Part shown: positions 39,304 through 48,716 of the stretch, piece by piece | How positions within the stretch are numbered: the stretch's first letter is position 1 | Layout: each line of letters opens with the position of its first letter | Assembly: GCA_964528595.1 (NCBI GenBank) | Contig: CAZGTM010000008.1 | Location: 1,133 to 65,132, forward strand | Direction: 5' to 3' | Length of the DNA stretch: 64,000 bases | From: an uncultured Rhodospirillaceae bacterium | GTDB taxonomy: Bacteria > Pseudomonadota > Alphaproteobacteria > UBA2966 | Notes under the pieces: model-generated | Database searches by the model: none | Told to the model about the DNA's origin: nothing | The model's input: the letters and a program-made list of their open reading frames with translations, nothing else | Position numbers and translations under genes: made by a program

Positions 39304-40227
39304 ATGACCATGGAATATTTACGCAAACACTGGCGGGGGGATCTCCCGTTTGCGCTGACCTTTTGGGTCAATCTGGTGCTTTTGCGCACCCTCATCGTCT
39401 ATCTCGAAGACTTCGTCCATCCGCCGTTTCTGGAGAAGTCGGCGGCGGTCATTGCCTTGTCGTTTCTCTATTTTCTGGTGTTCGACGTGGTCGTTCTGAT
39501 CTGGCAAGTCAGGGGGACGATCAAGGCCAGCGACCGTTACGCCGCCGCGTACGGTTCGCCGATCATGGTCACGGGATCGCATTTCGGCATCGCCGTCTGC
39601 CTGTTGTTCACCGGATTTGCCAGCCATACGTCGTATCAGTCACTGTTTGTCAAAGACAGTTCAAACAGCGAAAACCGGTTGTCGTGGAGCCACAGCCTGC
39701 TCGGCGACTACACCCTGACGCCCGCCCGCGATAATTCGCGCATTCATGTCGAAGGCGATTTCAGGATCGGCATTTCCGACGAACTGGCGGGCATGCTGGA
39801 GAAGATGCCGTCGGTTGGCGCCATCGTTCTGACCAGCAATGGCGGACGGGTCACCGAAGGCCGCCGGCTGGCTCAACTGTTCAAAAAGTCGAACCTGGAT
39901 ACCTATGTTTACGGCGAGTGCAAATCAGCCTGCACGACGGCCTTCATCGGGGGCCGGAAGAGGGTGCTGGGGCCCCGCGCCAAACTTGGATTCCATCAGT
40001 TCAGTCTGGACGGCGCTTATTTCAATCCCTATGTCGACGCCGAAGCCGAGCAGAAAATCGATCTGGACTTCTACACCCTGCAGGGCATCGGCAACGAATT
40101 CCTGGAAGAGGTTTTTCAGGCCACCCATAACGAGATGTGGTTCCCCGAGCCGGAAGCCCTGCGGGCCGCCGGCGTAATCCACCAAATCCTGCCGGAGAAT
40201 GAGGATTTCCGAAAGTCGGATTGGTAA
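39304..40227 (+). CDS. Membrane protein with C-terminal ClpP/crotonase-fold (NfeD/SppA-like, COG3904-like) domain
   Basis: N-terminal TM helices. C-terminal SNGGRVTEGRRLAQLFKKSNLDTYVYGECKSACTTAFIGGRKRVLGPRAKLGFHQ resembles the serine-protease-like S49/ClpP core. Start taken at Met 39304; the longer ORF from 39106 is unlikely. Confidence 0.45.
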   Translation: MTMEYLRKHWRGDLPFALTFWVNLVLLRTLIVYLEDFVHPPFLEKSAAVIALSFLYFLVFDVVVLIWQVRGTIKASDRYAAAYGSPIMVTGSHFGIAVCLLFTGFASHTSYQSLFVKDSSNSENRLSWSHSLLGDYTLTPARDNSRIHVEGDFRIGISDELAGMLEKMPSVGAIVLTSNGGRVTEGRRLAQLFKKSNLDTYVYGECKSACTTAFIGGRKRVLGPRAKLGFHQFSLDGAYFNPYVDAEAEQKIDLDFYTLQGIGNEFLEEVFQATHNEMWFPEPEALRAAGVIHQILPENEDFRKSDW

Positions 40228-40306
40228 CGGAACAGCTAGGGGTGCCGGCGGCCATTGCGGCTTCCGCCGGCCCGAACCGGCGGCGCCACGATGGAGCCGG
40301 TCTTGG

Positions 40307-40741
40307 TTACGTCGTACAGGCTTTGGCGCCGGCCGGGCGTTCGGGCGCGTTATCGAGAAGGCTCTTCAAGGCGCTTTCGCTGGTTTGCGCCACGACGCGC
40401 GCCAGTTCGCCTTTCGGCGAGAGCATGACCAGCGTCGAGCGCCTGACGACCCTCAGCTTTTTCGAAATCGGGGAACCTGCGTGAATATCCCAATCAGCAT
40501 ATATAAAGGCGATGTTCCTGTCGTAGTCGGCGTTGCCTGATCTCAGTTGCCGGATCACACGGACCTGGCGCTGGCAGGTGCCTCACCACTTGGCGCCGAA
40601 ATCAAGGACGACCGAACAGCCCTTGGCCAGCGCCGCATCAAGTGCCTTCGGCGAATAGGGTGTGTCCCCGTTCCCCGCGTTCGCCGCCGTGGCGCCCATT
40701 AGCGCCAGGGCGCCCGCGGCCAGCATTCCAATTTTATTCAA
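40307..40741 (-). CDS. Candidate selenoprotein: periplasmic thioredoxin-like protein (Trx/TlpA-like, CcdA partner) with in-frame TGA (Sec) at 40583-40585
   Basis: Minus-strand frame continuous from TTG 40741 (RBS GGAGGAG 6 nt upstream, 3 nt after the ccdA stop). Read through, the product is (M)NKIGMLAAGALALMGATAANA|GNGDTPYSPKALDAALAKGCSVVLDFGAKW-U-GTCQRQVRVIRQLRSG...VVRRSTLVMLSPKGELARVV... It has a signal peptide and the Trx motif W-C-G-P-C with the first Cys replaced by TGA. The ORF track reports only the 83-aa part after the stop. Confidence 0.6.
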
Positions 40742-40759
40742 TTTCAACTCCTCCCCATC

Positions 40760-41524
40760 TCATATCGAAACGGATAGATCCTGTAACCAGAGCGGCAGGA
40801 TATTCAAAACACGGCCCTCCAGCCAATGGTCAACGCCCAATAAAATGCCCACGCCGACACACAAAAACGTGATCCCCAGGACGGGTTTGGCGCGCTCGGA
40901 AAGGTATCCGAACGCTTTTTGCCGTCGCTGGATGACTTCGCGGGCGCCGAAGGCCAGCGCCAGGATGACGCTGGAGACACCCAGCGCGAAGGTCGCCATG
41001 ATGCCACCGGCCCAGGCCAGGCTTTCCCCTTGCGAGGCCAGCGCGATGGCGCCGCCCAGCGTGGGGCCGATGCAGGGCGACCAAATCGCCCCCAGCAGAA
41101 AGCCGCCGATGAACTGACCGCCGAGGCTGGTGGCCGCGCCGCCCGCCTCGAGTCCGCGCAGACCCGTATCGGCGCGGGCGGCGAATACCGCGGTTAGGGC
41201 CGCAAAGCCGTCATTCAGGCGCGGCACCAAAAGAACCACGCCAAAACCGATCATCAACCAGGCGCCCGTCGTGGTCATCAGGCGTTGATCGAGACCGATG
41301 GACGCCCCCGCCACCAGCACAAACATGCCGACCACGACGAAGGACAGGCTGAGGCCCGCAGCCATGACCAGCGGCCCCCGCCGGTCGGCCTGCAGCGAAG
41401 AGGCCAGCACGATGGGCAGCACAGGCAGAACGCAAGGATTGATCAGCGTCAGCAACCCGGCGAGATATCCCAACACCAGTTCAAGCACCGCAGTCTCCAA
41501 ATTTCGACCGTCAAATAGAGACAT
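40760..41524 (-). CDS. ccdA: Cytochrome c-type biogenesis / thiol-disulfide electron-transfer membrane protein CcdA (DsbD beta-domain family)
   Basis: Two conserved Cys in TM segments: LINPCVLPVLP and AIWSPCIGPTLGGA. Six TM helices. Confidence 0.88.
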   Translation of the reverse strand: MSLFDGRNLETAVLELVLGYLAGLLTLINPCVLPVLPIVLASSLQADRRGPLVMAAGLSLSFVVVGMFVLVAGASIGLDQRLMTTTGAWLMIGFGVVLLVPRLNDGFAALTAVFAARADTGLRGLEAGGAATSLGGQFIGGFLLGAIWSPCIGPTLGGAIALASQGESLAWAGGIMATFALGVSSVILALAFGAREVIQRRQKAFGYLSERAKPVLGITFLCVGVGILLGVDHWLEGRVLNILPLWLQDLSVSI

Positions 41525-41809
41525 GAAAGCCGGATTGGCTTCCAGTCACTTTTCCTTCATCAAAACCAGAATTTTTTCATCTGTGTCGCCGGGACGGCGT
41601 CGCCTTGAGCAAATAATAACTATTTTCGAAGGAACGTCTGGAAGCGGGCTGGAAAATCAATTTTCATCGCCTACACCTAACGCGGCGCAAAGCGCCGGTG
41701 AACATACGAAATGGATATGGGCTCATCGGTCGGCGGTCCCTTTTTTTGTGCTTTGTGTCTATTGTGCGATTGGGAATGGTCAATCAAGACACCGGACATC
41801 ATTGTCGGT

Positions 41810-43609
41810 CTAAATATCCTCCAGTCCAGCTTTCCTCAGGCCGTCAATCAGGTCCTCCTGGCAGGAAATCCGATAGTCGCCAATGATATTGGCAAGGTCC
41901 GGGTAGGCAGCCTGGAGAGCCTCGCACTCGGCTCGGGCATCTTCCACCTGCCCCAGATGGGCGAGTGCGGCGATGCGTACAGCCGCAAAGTGAAAGATCT
42001 GTGAACTACCGGTGGCCGACCCTTCAAAATTTCGGGCCTTGGTTGACATTTCAAGAGCACGGTCATAGTCGCCAAGGGAAAAATGAGCTATCACCAAAGC
42101 ATCTAAAAACTGATGTGCCAGAATGTCGCGCGGGCTCAGGCGCATGGCCGCTTCTATATGTTTGATGCCTTCATTGGCACGTCCGACATACACCAAAGCC
42201 CGCCCGAGTGTGCTCCGGATGGAGGCTGAATTTGGATTGACGGCCAGGCCTTGCTCCAGGACAGGCAAGGCTTGCTCAAGCCGGCCCAGGATGCAGCCCT
42301 GCATCACCAACACAGCACCAAGTCCCCAATAGGTATTTACATCGTCGTGACCCAATTCAACAGCTCTGCGCCCTTCCGCAATTGCTTCGTCGAATGTGGC
42401 GGAACGATTCTCGGTGATGTTTGTGTAGGCCTGCATGCCCAGGGCTCGTGACACCCCAGTATGTGCCTGCGGTAGATTGGGATCGAGCGAAATCGATTGG
42501 CGAAACAAATCCTCCGATTTTGCGAGACTTTCGGGTGTTGGACGTACTAAGCCCTGCATCCCTCGCTGGTATAGGTCCCACGCATCAATGTTTGCCGGAT
42601 GTTTGCGAATGGACCGCTCGCGTTCAGCCCGGGTAAGTTCGGGTTCAATGGCTCCGGCGACAGTTCCGGTTATCTCGTCTTGGAGGTCGAATATGTCTAT
42701 GAGATTTCTGTCGTAGCTTTCAGCCCAGATATGGCTGCCTGTGGAACCATCTATTAGCTGAGCCGAAATCCGCAATCGGTCCCCGGCTTTTCGAACGCTA
42801 CCTTCAAGCACATAGCGCACATTCAAATCCTTTGCGACGTCGCGAAGGTCGGGCGATTGCCCCTTGTAGGAGAAGGTCGAGTTGCGGGCTGTCACTTGAA
42901 GCCATCCGATCCGCGACAAGGCAGTGATAATGTCTTCGGTGATGCCGTCTGAAAAATACTCCTGTTCCAGATCACTAGACAAATTGTCGAACGGTAACAC
43001 TGCAATCGCCGGTTTTTCAGGCGCCGCTACTGAAGAACCAGTTTTGATTGGTTCTATCCCGACACGATATGCGCGGATCGGCAATTCGATGTTTTTGACA
43101 CGATGTTCGCCCATATCCTCGACAGTAATGTCGAGCCGGTGACGAACCTGATCAGCGACGATGCCGGTCAGGCAGATGCCACCCGGTTCTGCCAGGCTTT
43201 CCAACCGTGCGGCTATATTGACGCCGTCACCATAAATTTCACCATCGTCATCAATAACCTCACTCATATGGATCCCGATGCGGAACAACAGGCGCTGATC
43301 TTCCGGTATATCCCTGTTCTCGTCCCGGAACCGACGCTGAACTTCGACGGCCATTTCGACGCAACCGACGACGCTGCCGAATTCAGCAAGGATCGCATCT
43401 CCGGCATAATGGTTTACCTTGCCTCCCCGGCCCTCAATGGCGCGGGTCAGCGTGGATAGTCCGGAACGTAGCGCCTCGTGCGTGGCGTCTTCGTCTAGCC
43501 CTGTTAGTCGTGAATACCCTGCAACATCGGCATAAAATATAGCTGCCAGTTTTCGCTGGTATGGTTGGTCCGCCATATGCCTCCCCCAGGCATAGATCTT
43601 CATGATCAT
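41810..43609 (-). CDS. Class III adenylate/guanylate cyclase catalytic domain fused to TPR repeats
   Basis: N-terminal CHD (FYADVAGYSRLTG...GDAILAEFGSVVGCVEMAVEVQ...GIHMSEVI...GDGVNIAARLE) followed by a TPR-like C-terminal half. Confidence 0.8.
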   Translation of the reverse strand: MIMKIYAWGRHMADQPYQRKLAAIFYADVAGYSRLTGLDEDATHEALRSGLSTLTRAIEGRGGKVNHYAGDAILAEFGSVVGCVEMAVEVQRRFRDENRDIPEDQRLLFRIGIHMSEVIDDDGEIYGDGVNIAARLESLAEPGGICLTGIVADQVRHRLDITVEDMGEHRVKNIELPIRAYRVGIEPIKTGSSVAAPEKPAIAVLPFDNLSSDLEQEYFSDGITEDIITALSRIGWLQVTARNSTFSYKGQSPDLRDVAKDLNVRYVLEGSVRKAGDRLRISAQLIDGSTGSHIWAESYDRNLIDIFDLQDEITGTVAGAIEPELTRAERERSIRKHPANIDAWDLYQRGMQGLVRPTPESLAKSEDLFRQSISLDPNLPQAHTGVSRALGMQAYTNITENRSATFDEAIAEGRRAVELGHDDVNTYWGLGAVLVMQGCILGRLEQALPVLEQGLAVNPNSASIRSTLGRALVYVGRANEGIKHIEAAMRLSPRDILAHQFLDALVIAHFSLGDYDRALEMSTKARNFEGSATGSSQIFHFAAVRIAALAHLGQVEDARAECEALQAAYPDLANIIGDYRISCQEDLIDGLRKAGLEDI

Positions 43610-43883
43610 TCTAGAGTCAGTTGGTCAGATAACAATGGGTTTGGAGAAGTTGGAGTTAAAGCGTGAGTCTGTTTTGGGTCATCATCGGACCCGCACACCA
43701 GCATCAACAAATGGTCTTTACGCCCATCAAAGCGGATCTCGGTTCTCAGGAGCTCCGCATTCCAGCGCAAAGTTGACCGGCAAAAAAACCGAGGTGCACC
43801 GACGTGGCGGGAAAATTGTTTGCTAGCCACTAAGCGACATGCAACTTTCTGAAGCGGTGAATAGCTCGGGGGGGTAAATACGC

Positions 43884-44324
43884 ATGACCAGCAAACTCTA
43901 CTTTGAAGATATCCAAGTGGGCGACAAATTTGTCGGCGATACGGTCGTCGCCGAACGGGAGAAAATGCTGTTCTTCGCTGAAGAATTTGATAACCAACCG
44001 ATGCATCTCGATGTGGATGCCGCACGGGCCATGGGCTTAAAAGACATCATTGCCCCCGGGGCCTACATATTCGCCCTGAACGCGAAATCACAGCGGGCCA
44101 TTTGGAAACGTCTTCATATGCTGCCCAGTGGACTTGGCATCAGCGTCAGTTTTTTGTTGCCGGTGTATGCCGAGGACACGCTAACCGCGCAGCTGGAGGT
44201 TCTAGCAACGCGACAGAGCAGCAAACCGGGACGCGGTTGGATCGACACAAAAGTGACGATTAGAAATCAAAGCGGTGATGTCGCCGTCGACTGCGAAGCA
44301 GCACTACTGTTGGTTGGCAGGTAG
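43884..44324 (+). CDS. MaoC-like (R)-specific enoyl-CoA hydratase/dehydratase hot-dog protein
   Basis: 146 aa. FEDIQVGDKF...FAEEFDNQPMHLDVDAARAMG typical of the MaoC/PhaJ family. Confidence 0.8.
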   Translation: MTSKLYFEDIQVGDKFVGDTVVAEREKMLFFAEEFDNQPMHLDVDAARAMGLKDIIAPGAYIFALNAKSQRAIWKRLHMLPSGLGISVSFLLPVYAEDTLTAQLEVLATRQSSKPGRGWIDTKVTIRNQSGDVAVDCEAALLLVGR

Positions 44325-44448
44325 CGTTCGCAAATGACCGCAATAGGTTGCTTGCCGACGACCGCAGCGGCTTGGAGAGTTTTGCGGCAGGCGACGAAAA
44401 GCGAAAGACCAGGCTACTCGCGTGGGGCCAAAAGCAAGATCGGCCCCC

Positions 44449-45831
44449 TCAGCGCAGGCCTTCCTTCGCGACATGTGCTTCCGTCTCGTCGAGGGCTTTG
44501 CCAAGCCGGCTGATCATCTCACCGATTTCCGCTTCGGAAATTATCAGCGGCGGACACAGGCCGATGTTGTCGCCCATGGCGCGGACGATCAGGCCGTGGT
44601 CGGCGGCGCGGTCGGCGAGGTAGGGGCCGACGCCCTGACTGGGATCGAAGCTGCGTTTTGAGCCCTTGTCGGCGACCAACTCGAGCGCGCCGATAAGGCC
44701 GATGCCGCGGGCCTCGCCGACCAGGGGATGATCGCCCAGCGCCTTCAATCCCTGCTGCAGGCGCGGGCCGACGGCGGCGGCATGCTCGAAAACCTTGCGT
44801 TCAGCCAGCAATTCAAGGTTCTTGTTGGCCACGGCGGCGGCAACGGGATGGCCGGAATAAGTAAAGCCGTGGCCGAAGATGCCGATGCGGTTGCTCTCTT
44901 CCTTGACCCCTTGATAGATCTCCTCGCTGATGACGACGGCGGAGATCGGCAGGTAGGCCGACGAGAGCGCCTTGGCGACGGTCATGGTGTCGGGCTTGAT
45001 GCCGAAGGTCTGGCAGCCGAACGGATTGCCGGTGCGGCCGAAGCCGCAGATGACCTCGTCATCCAGGAACAGGACGTCGTGTTTGGCCAGCACAGCCTGG
45101 ATTTTCTCGAAGTAAGTGGCCGGCGGCACGATCACGCCGCCCGCGCCCATGACGGGCTCGGCGATGAAGGCGGCGACGGTCTCCGGGCCTTCGTCAACGA
45201 TCAGCTGGTCCAGGTTGGCGGCCAGGCGGTCGGCGTATTCCTCTTCCGTTTCGCCGTCCTCGGCGCCGCGGTAGTGGTGCGGACAGTCGGTGTGGATGAA
45301 GCGTTCGAACGGCACGTCGAAGGAGCGGTGGTTGTTGGGCAGGCCCGTTAGGCTGGAGGCCACCAGCGTGATGCCGTGGTAGGCGCGCTGGCGCGAGACG
45401 ATCTTCTTCTTCTCGTGCTTGCCGCGCGAATTGTTGTAGTACCAGACCATCTTGATCAGGCTGTCGTTGGCCTCGGACCCGGAATTGGCGAAAAAAACCC
45501 GGCCGCCGTCGATCGGCACCATCGTGTTTAAGCGTTCGGCGAGGTCGATCGCCGGGTTCGTCGATTTGTGCGCGAACGTGTGATAGTAGGGCAGCTTCCT
45601 CATCTGTTCGGCGGCGACTTCGACCAGTTCCTCGACGCCGAAGCCCAAGGCGGTACACCACAATCCGGCCAGGCCCTCGATATATTCCTTGCCCGTGTCG
45701 TCATAGACATAGACCCCCTTGCCGCTGTCGATGATCAGCGGACCCTTTTCCTCGTGCACGGCCAGGTTTGTGTAGGGGTGCAGGACGTTGGCGATATCGC
45801 GCGCGGCGGGTGAGTTGACCCGGTCAGACAT
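44449..45831 (-). CDS. Class III (omega) aminotransferase, aspartate aminotransferase superfamily
   Basis: 460 aa. PLP-fold-type-I omega-TA pattern including GLWCTALGFG and the lysine region SFDxxxGxxVAKALSSAYLPI-type. Beta-alanine/putrescine--pyruvate-TA-like. Confidence 0.8.
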   Translation of the reverse strand: MSDRVNSPAARDIANVLHPYTNLAVHEEKGPLIIDSGKGVYVYDDTGKEYIEGLAGLWCTALGFGVEELVEVAAEQMRKLPYYHTFAHKSTNPAIDLAERLNTMVPIDGGRVFFANSGSEANDSLIKMVWYYNNSRGKHEKKKIVSRQRAYHGITLVASSLTGLPNNHRSFDVPFERFIHTDCPHHYRGAEDGETEEEYADRLAANLDQLIVDEGPETVAAFIAEPVMGAGGVIVPPATYFEKIQAVLAKHDVLFLDDEVICGFGRTGNPFGCQTFGIKPDTMTVAKALSSAYLPISAVVISEEIYQGVKEESNRIGIFGHGFTYSGHPVAAAVANKNLELLAERKVFEHAAAVGPRLQQGLKALGDHPLVGEARGIGLIGALELVADKGSKRSFDPSQGVGPYLADRAADHGLIVRAMGDNIGLCPPLIISEAEIGEMISRLGKALDETEAHVAKEGLR

Positions 45832-45982
45832 AAGCGTGCTCCATTTACGGATAGAGAAACATGGTCGGGGCGCCGGTTCGGCGGTCCGCGAATAGAACGA
45901 CTTTCCCGCGGCTCTGTCAAAGATCGATTGGTCACATTACCATGCGGGCGGGATCAACAGGATTGAGAGCGGAAACCAGGTC

Positions 45983-46915
45983 ATGAAGGCGGAGGAATTC
46001 GATTTAAGCCTCGACGGCGGCGTCACATTGCATGCCTACCGCTGGGAGCCCGAGGGAACACCAAAAGCCGTCATCCAAATCGTCCACGGCATGGCCGAGT
46101 ATGCCGCCCGCTACGCCAGGTTTGCCCAAGCGGCGACAGCCGAGGGTTACGCCGTCGCAGCACTGGATCTGCGCGGTCACGGCAAATCGGCGGCCTCGCC
46201 CGACGACTGGGGATTTTTCGCCGAGCGCGACGGCTGGAACAAAGTCGTCGGTGATCTGGCGGCGCAGTGTAAATGGATCAACTCCGAATACCCGGACCGG
46301 CCGGTGTTCCTGTTGGGGCATTCCATGGGCTCGTTCCTGGCGCAGCAATTGATGATCGAGCACGGCGGCGATTATGCGGGCGTCGTCCTGTCGGCCTCGA
46401 ACGGGCCCGTCGGGCCGCTGGGCGCCGTGGGCGCGTTTCTCGCCCGGCTGGAGGTGCTGCGGTTGGGGCCAAAAGGCATCAGCGGGTTGCTGGGCGCAAT
46501 GTCGTTCGGCGCTTTCAACAAGCCCTACAAACCGCCCCGGACGGATTTCGACTGGCTGTCGCGCGACGACGCCGAAGTCGACAGGTACGTCGCCGATCCG
46601 CTCTGCGGCTTTGATTTCCGCGCCAGTTCCTGGCGCGACATGATCGACGCCTTGGGCCGCCTTTACGGCACGGCGGCGTTGGCCCGTATCCCCAAGGATT
46701 TACCGGTCTTCATCCTGGCCGGGACGAACGATCCGGTCGGCAACATGACCAAGGGCGTCGACAAGCTGATCGCCGTCTACCAGGGCGCGGGGCTTGCGGC
46801 CGTCGAAAGCAAGTACTACGACGGCGCGCGCCACGAAATCCTCAACGAAACCAACCGGGACGAAGTCACGGCGGACATCCTGGGCTGGCTGGACCGGGTG
46901 GCTCCGCAGGTTTGA
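45983..46915 (+). CDS. Alpha/beta hydrolase (lysophospholipase/monoacylglycerol-lipase-like)
   Basis: Nucleophile elbow GHSMGS and the HGMAEY oxyanion region. 310 aa. Confidence 0.75.
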   Translation: MKAEEFDLSLDGGVTLHAYRWEPEGTPKAVIQIVHGMAEYAARYARFAQAATAEGYAVAALDLRGHGKSAASPDDWGFFAERDGWNKVVGDLAAQCKWINSEYPDRPVFLLGHSMGSFLAQQLMIEHGGDYAGVVLSASNGPVGPLGAVGAFLARLEVLRLGPKGISGLLGAMSFGAFNKPYKPPRTDFDWLSRDDAEVDRYVADPLCGFDFRASSWRDMIDALGRLYGTAALARIPKDLPVFILAGTNDPVGNMTKGVDKLIAVYQGAGLAAVESKYYDGARHEILNETNRDEVTADILGWLDRVAPQV

Positions 46916-47060
46916 AAGAACGCGATTTCGCGTCCTAGGCCTAGTTTTTCACTGGCCTGTGCGTTGCCGCGCGGGCAATATTCCTGCGGGCGGGCGTCTT
47001 CAACGGCGGCAGCGCAATTAGAAAAAACTCAAGACAACGGCGAGGCGAAAGGAATTCCCC

Positions 47061-48698
47061 ATGAAAGGACTGATGCAGGATTGGCCGCTGCTGATCTCAT
47101 CCCTGATCGACTATGCGAAGGATTATCACGGGGACCGCGAGATCGTGTCGCGCACCGTCGAAGGCCCGATCCACCGCTACACCTATGCGGACGCGCACGG
47201 ACGCTCCAAGCAATTGGCCAACGCCCTTGGCAAGCTGGGCGTCAAGCTGGGCGACCGCATCGCGACGCTGGCCTGGAACGGCTATCGCCACTTCGAGCTT
47301 TACTACGGCGTTTCCGGCAGGGGCGCGGTGCTCCACACCATCAATCCGCGGCTTTTTGCCGAACAGATCATCTACATCGTCAATCATGCGGAAGACGACT
47401 ACATCTTCACCGATCTGACGTTCGTTCCGCTGTTGGAGCAGTTGCACGACAAGTTCGAAGGCGTGAAGGGCTTCGTCATCATGACCGACGAAGAGCACAT
47501 GCCGGAAACCAGCCTGCCCAACGCGCTGTGCTACGAGACGCTGCTGGCGGCCGAAAGCGCCGACTACGACTGGCCCGAATTCGATGAAAATACCGCCTCG
47601 TCGCTGTGTTACACCTCTGGCACCACCGGCAATCCCAAGGGCGTGCTCTATTCGCACCGCTCGACCGTGCTGCACAGCTTCATCGTCTGCATGACCGACA
47701 CCTTGGCGCTGTCGTCCATGGACACCGTGCTGCCCGTGGTGCCGATGTTCCACGCCAATTGCTGGGGCATCGCTTACGCCGGGCCGATGTGCGGCACCAA
47801 ACTGGTGTTTCCCGGCGCCGGCATGGATGGCGCCAGCGTCTACGAAATGCTGGAAAGCGAAAACGTCACCATGACGGCGGGCGTACCCACCGTCTGGCTG
47901 ATGCTGCTCAACCACATGCGCGAGAACAATTTGACGCTGACCGAGCTCAAACGCGTGGTCTGTGGCGGTTCGGCGGCGCCGCGCGCCATGATCGAGGAAT
48001 TCGAGGAAGCCCACGGCGCGCGCATGGTTCATGCCTGGGGCATGACGGAAATGAGCCCCATCGGCACCTGCGGCACGCTCAAGACCGGCATGGAGGATCT
48101 GCCGGCCAAGGAGCGCTACGACATCCAGGAGAAACAGGGACGCGGCATTTACGGCGTCGAAATGAAGATCGTGGATGACGGGGGCGCCGCCCTGCCTTGG
48201 GACGGCGAAGCCTTCGGTGACTTGCTGGTGCGCGGCCCGGCCATCTGCTCGGGCTACTTCAAGGAAGAGGGCGGTAAGGTCCTCGACGACGGCAACTGGT
48301 TCACCACGGGCGACGTCGCCAACATGGACGGCGAGGGCTACATGCAGATCGTCGACCGCTCGAAAGACGTCATCAAGTCGGGCGGCGAGTGGATCAGTTC
48401 GATCGATCTGGAAAACACCGCCGTCGGTCATCCCGAAGTCGTCGAGGCCTGCGTCATCGGCGTCTATCACCCGAAATGGGACGAACGGCCCTTGCTCTTG
48501 ATTATTAAATCGGAGGGCAGCGAGCTCGATAAGGACGGCATGCTGGCCTATCTCGACGGTAAGATCGTCAAGTGGTGGATGCCCGACGACGTGGTCTTTG
48601 TCGACGAACTGCCGCACACGGCGACGGGCAAGTTGCTGAAAGCGGCGCTGCGCGAGGAATATCAGGATTACAAACTGCCGACGGCCGAGAGCGCCTGA
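47061..48698 (+). CDS. AMP-dependent acyl-CoA synthetase (fatty-acid--CoA ligase family)
   Basis: AMP-binding motif [19 protein letters not shown] and the C-terminal [16 protein letters not shown] motif. The equally long antisense ORF (47097..48740) has no motifs. Confidence 0.88.
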   Translation: MKGLMQDWPLLISSLIDYAKDYHGDREIVSRTVEGPIHRYTYADAHGRSKQLANALGKLGVKLGDRIATLAWNGYRHFELYYGVSGRGAVLHTINPRLFAEQIIYIVNHAEDDYIFTDLTFVPLLEQLHDKFEGVKGFVIMTDEEHMPETSLPNALCYETLLAAESADYDWPEFDENTASSLCYTSGTTGNPKGVLYSHRSTVLHSFIVCMTDTLALSSMDTVLPVVPMFHANCWGIAYAGPMCGTKLVFPGAGMDGASVYEMLESENVTMTAGVPTVWLMLLNHMRENNLTLTELKRVVCGGSAAPRAMIEEFEEAHGARMVHAWGMTEMSPIGTCGTLKTGMEDLPAKERYDIQEKQGRGIYGVEMKIVDDGGAALPWDGEAFGDLLVRGPAICSGYFKEEGGKVLDDGNWFTTGDVANMDGEGYMQIVDRSKDVIKSGGEWISSIDLENTAVGHPEVVEACVIGVYHPKWDERPLLLIIKSEGSELDKDGMLAYLDGKIVKWWMPDDVVFVDELPHTATGKLLKAALREEYQDYKLPTAESA

Positions 48699-48716
48699 CC
48701 GCTTGACGCCGCCGCC

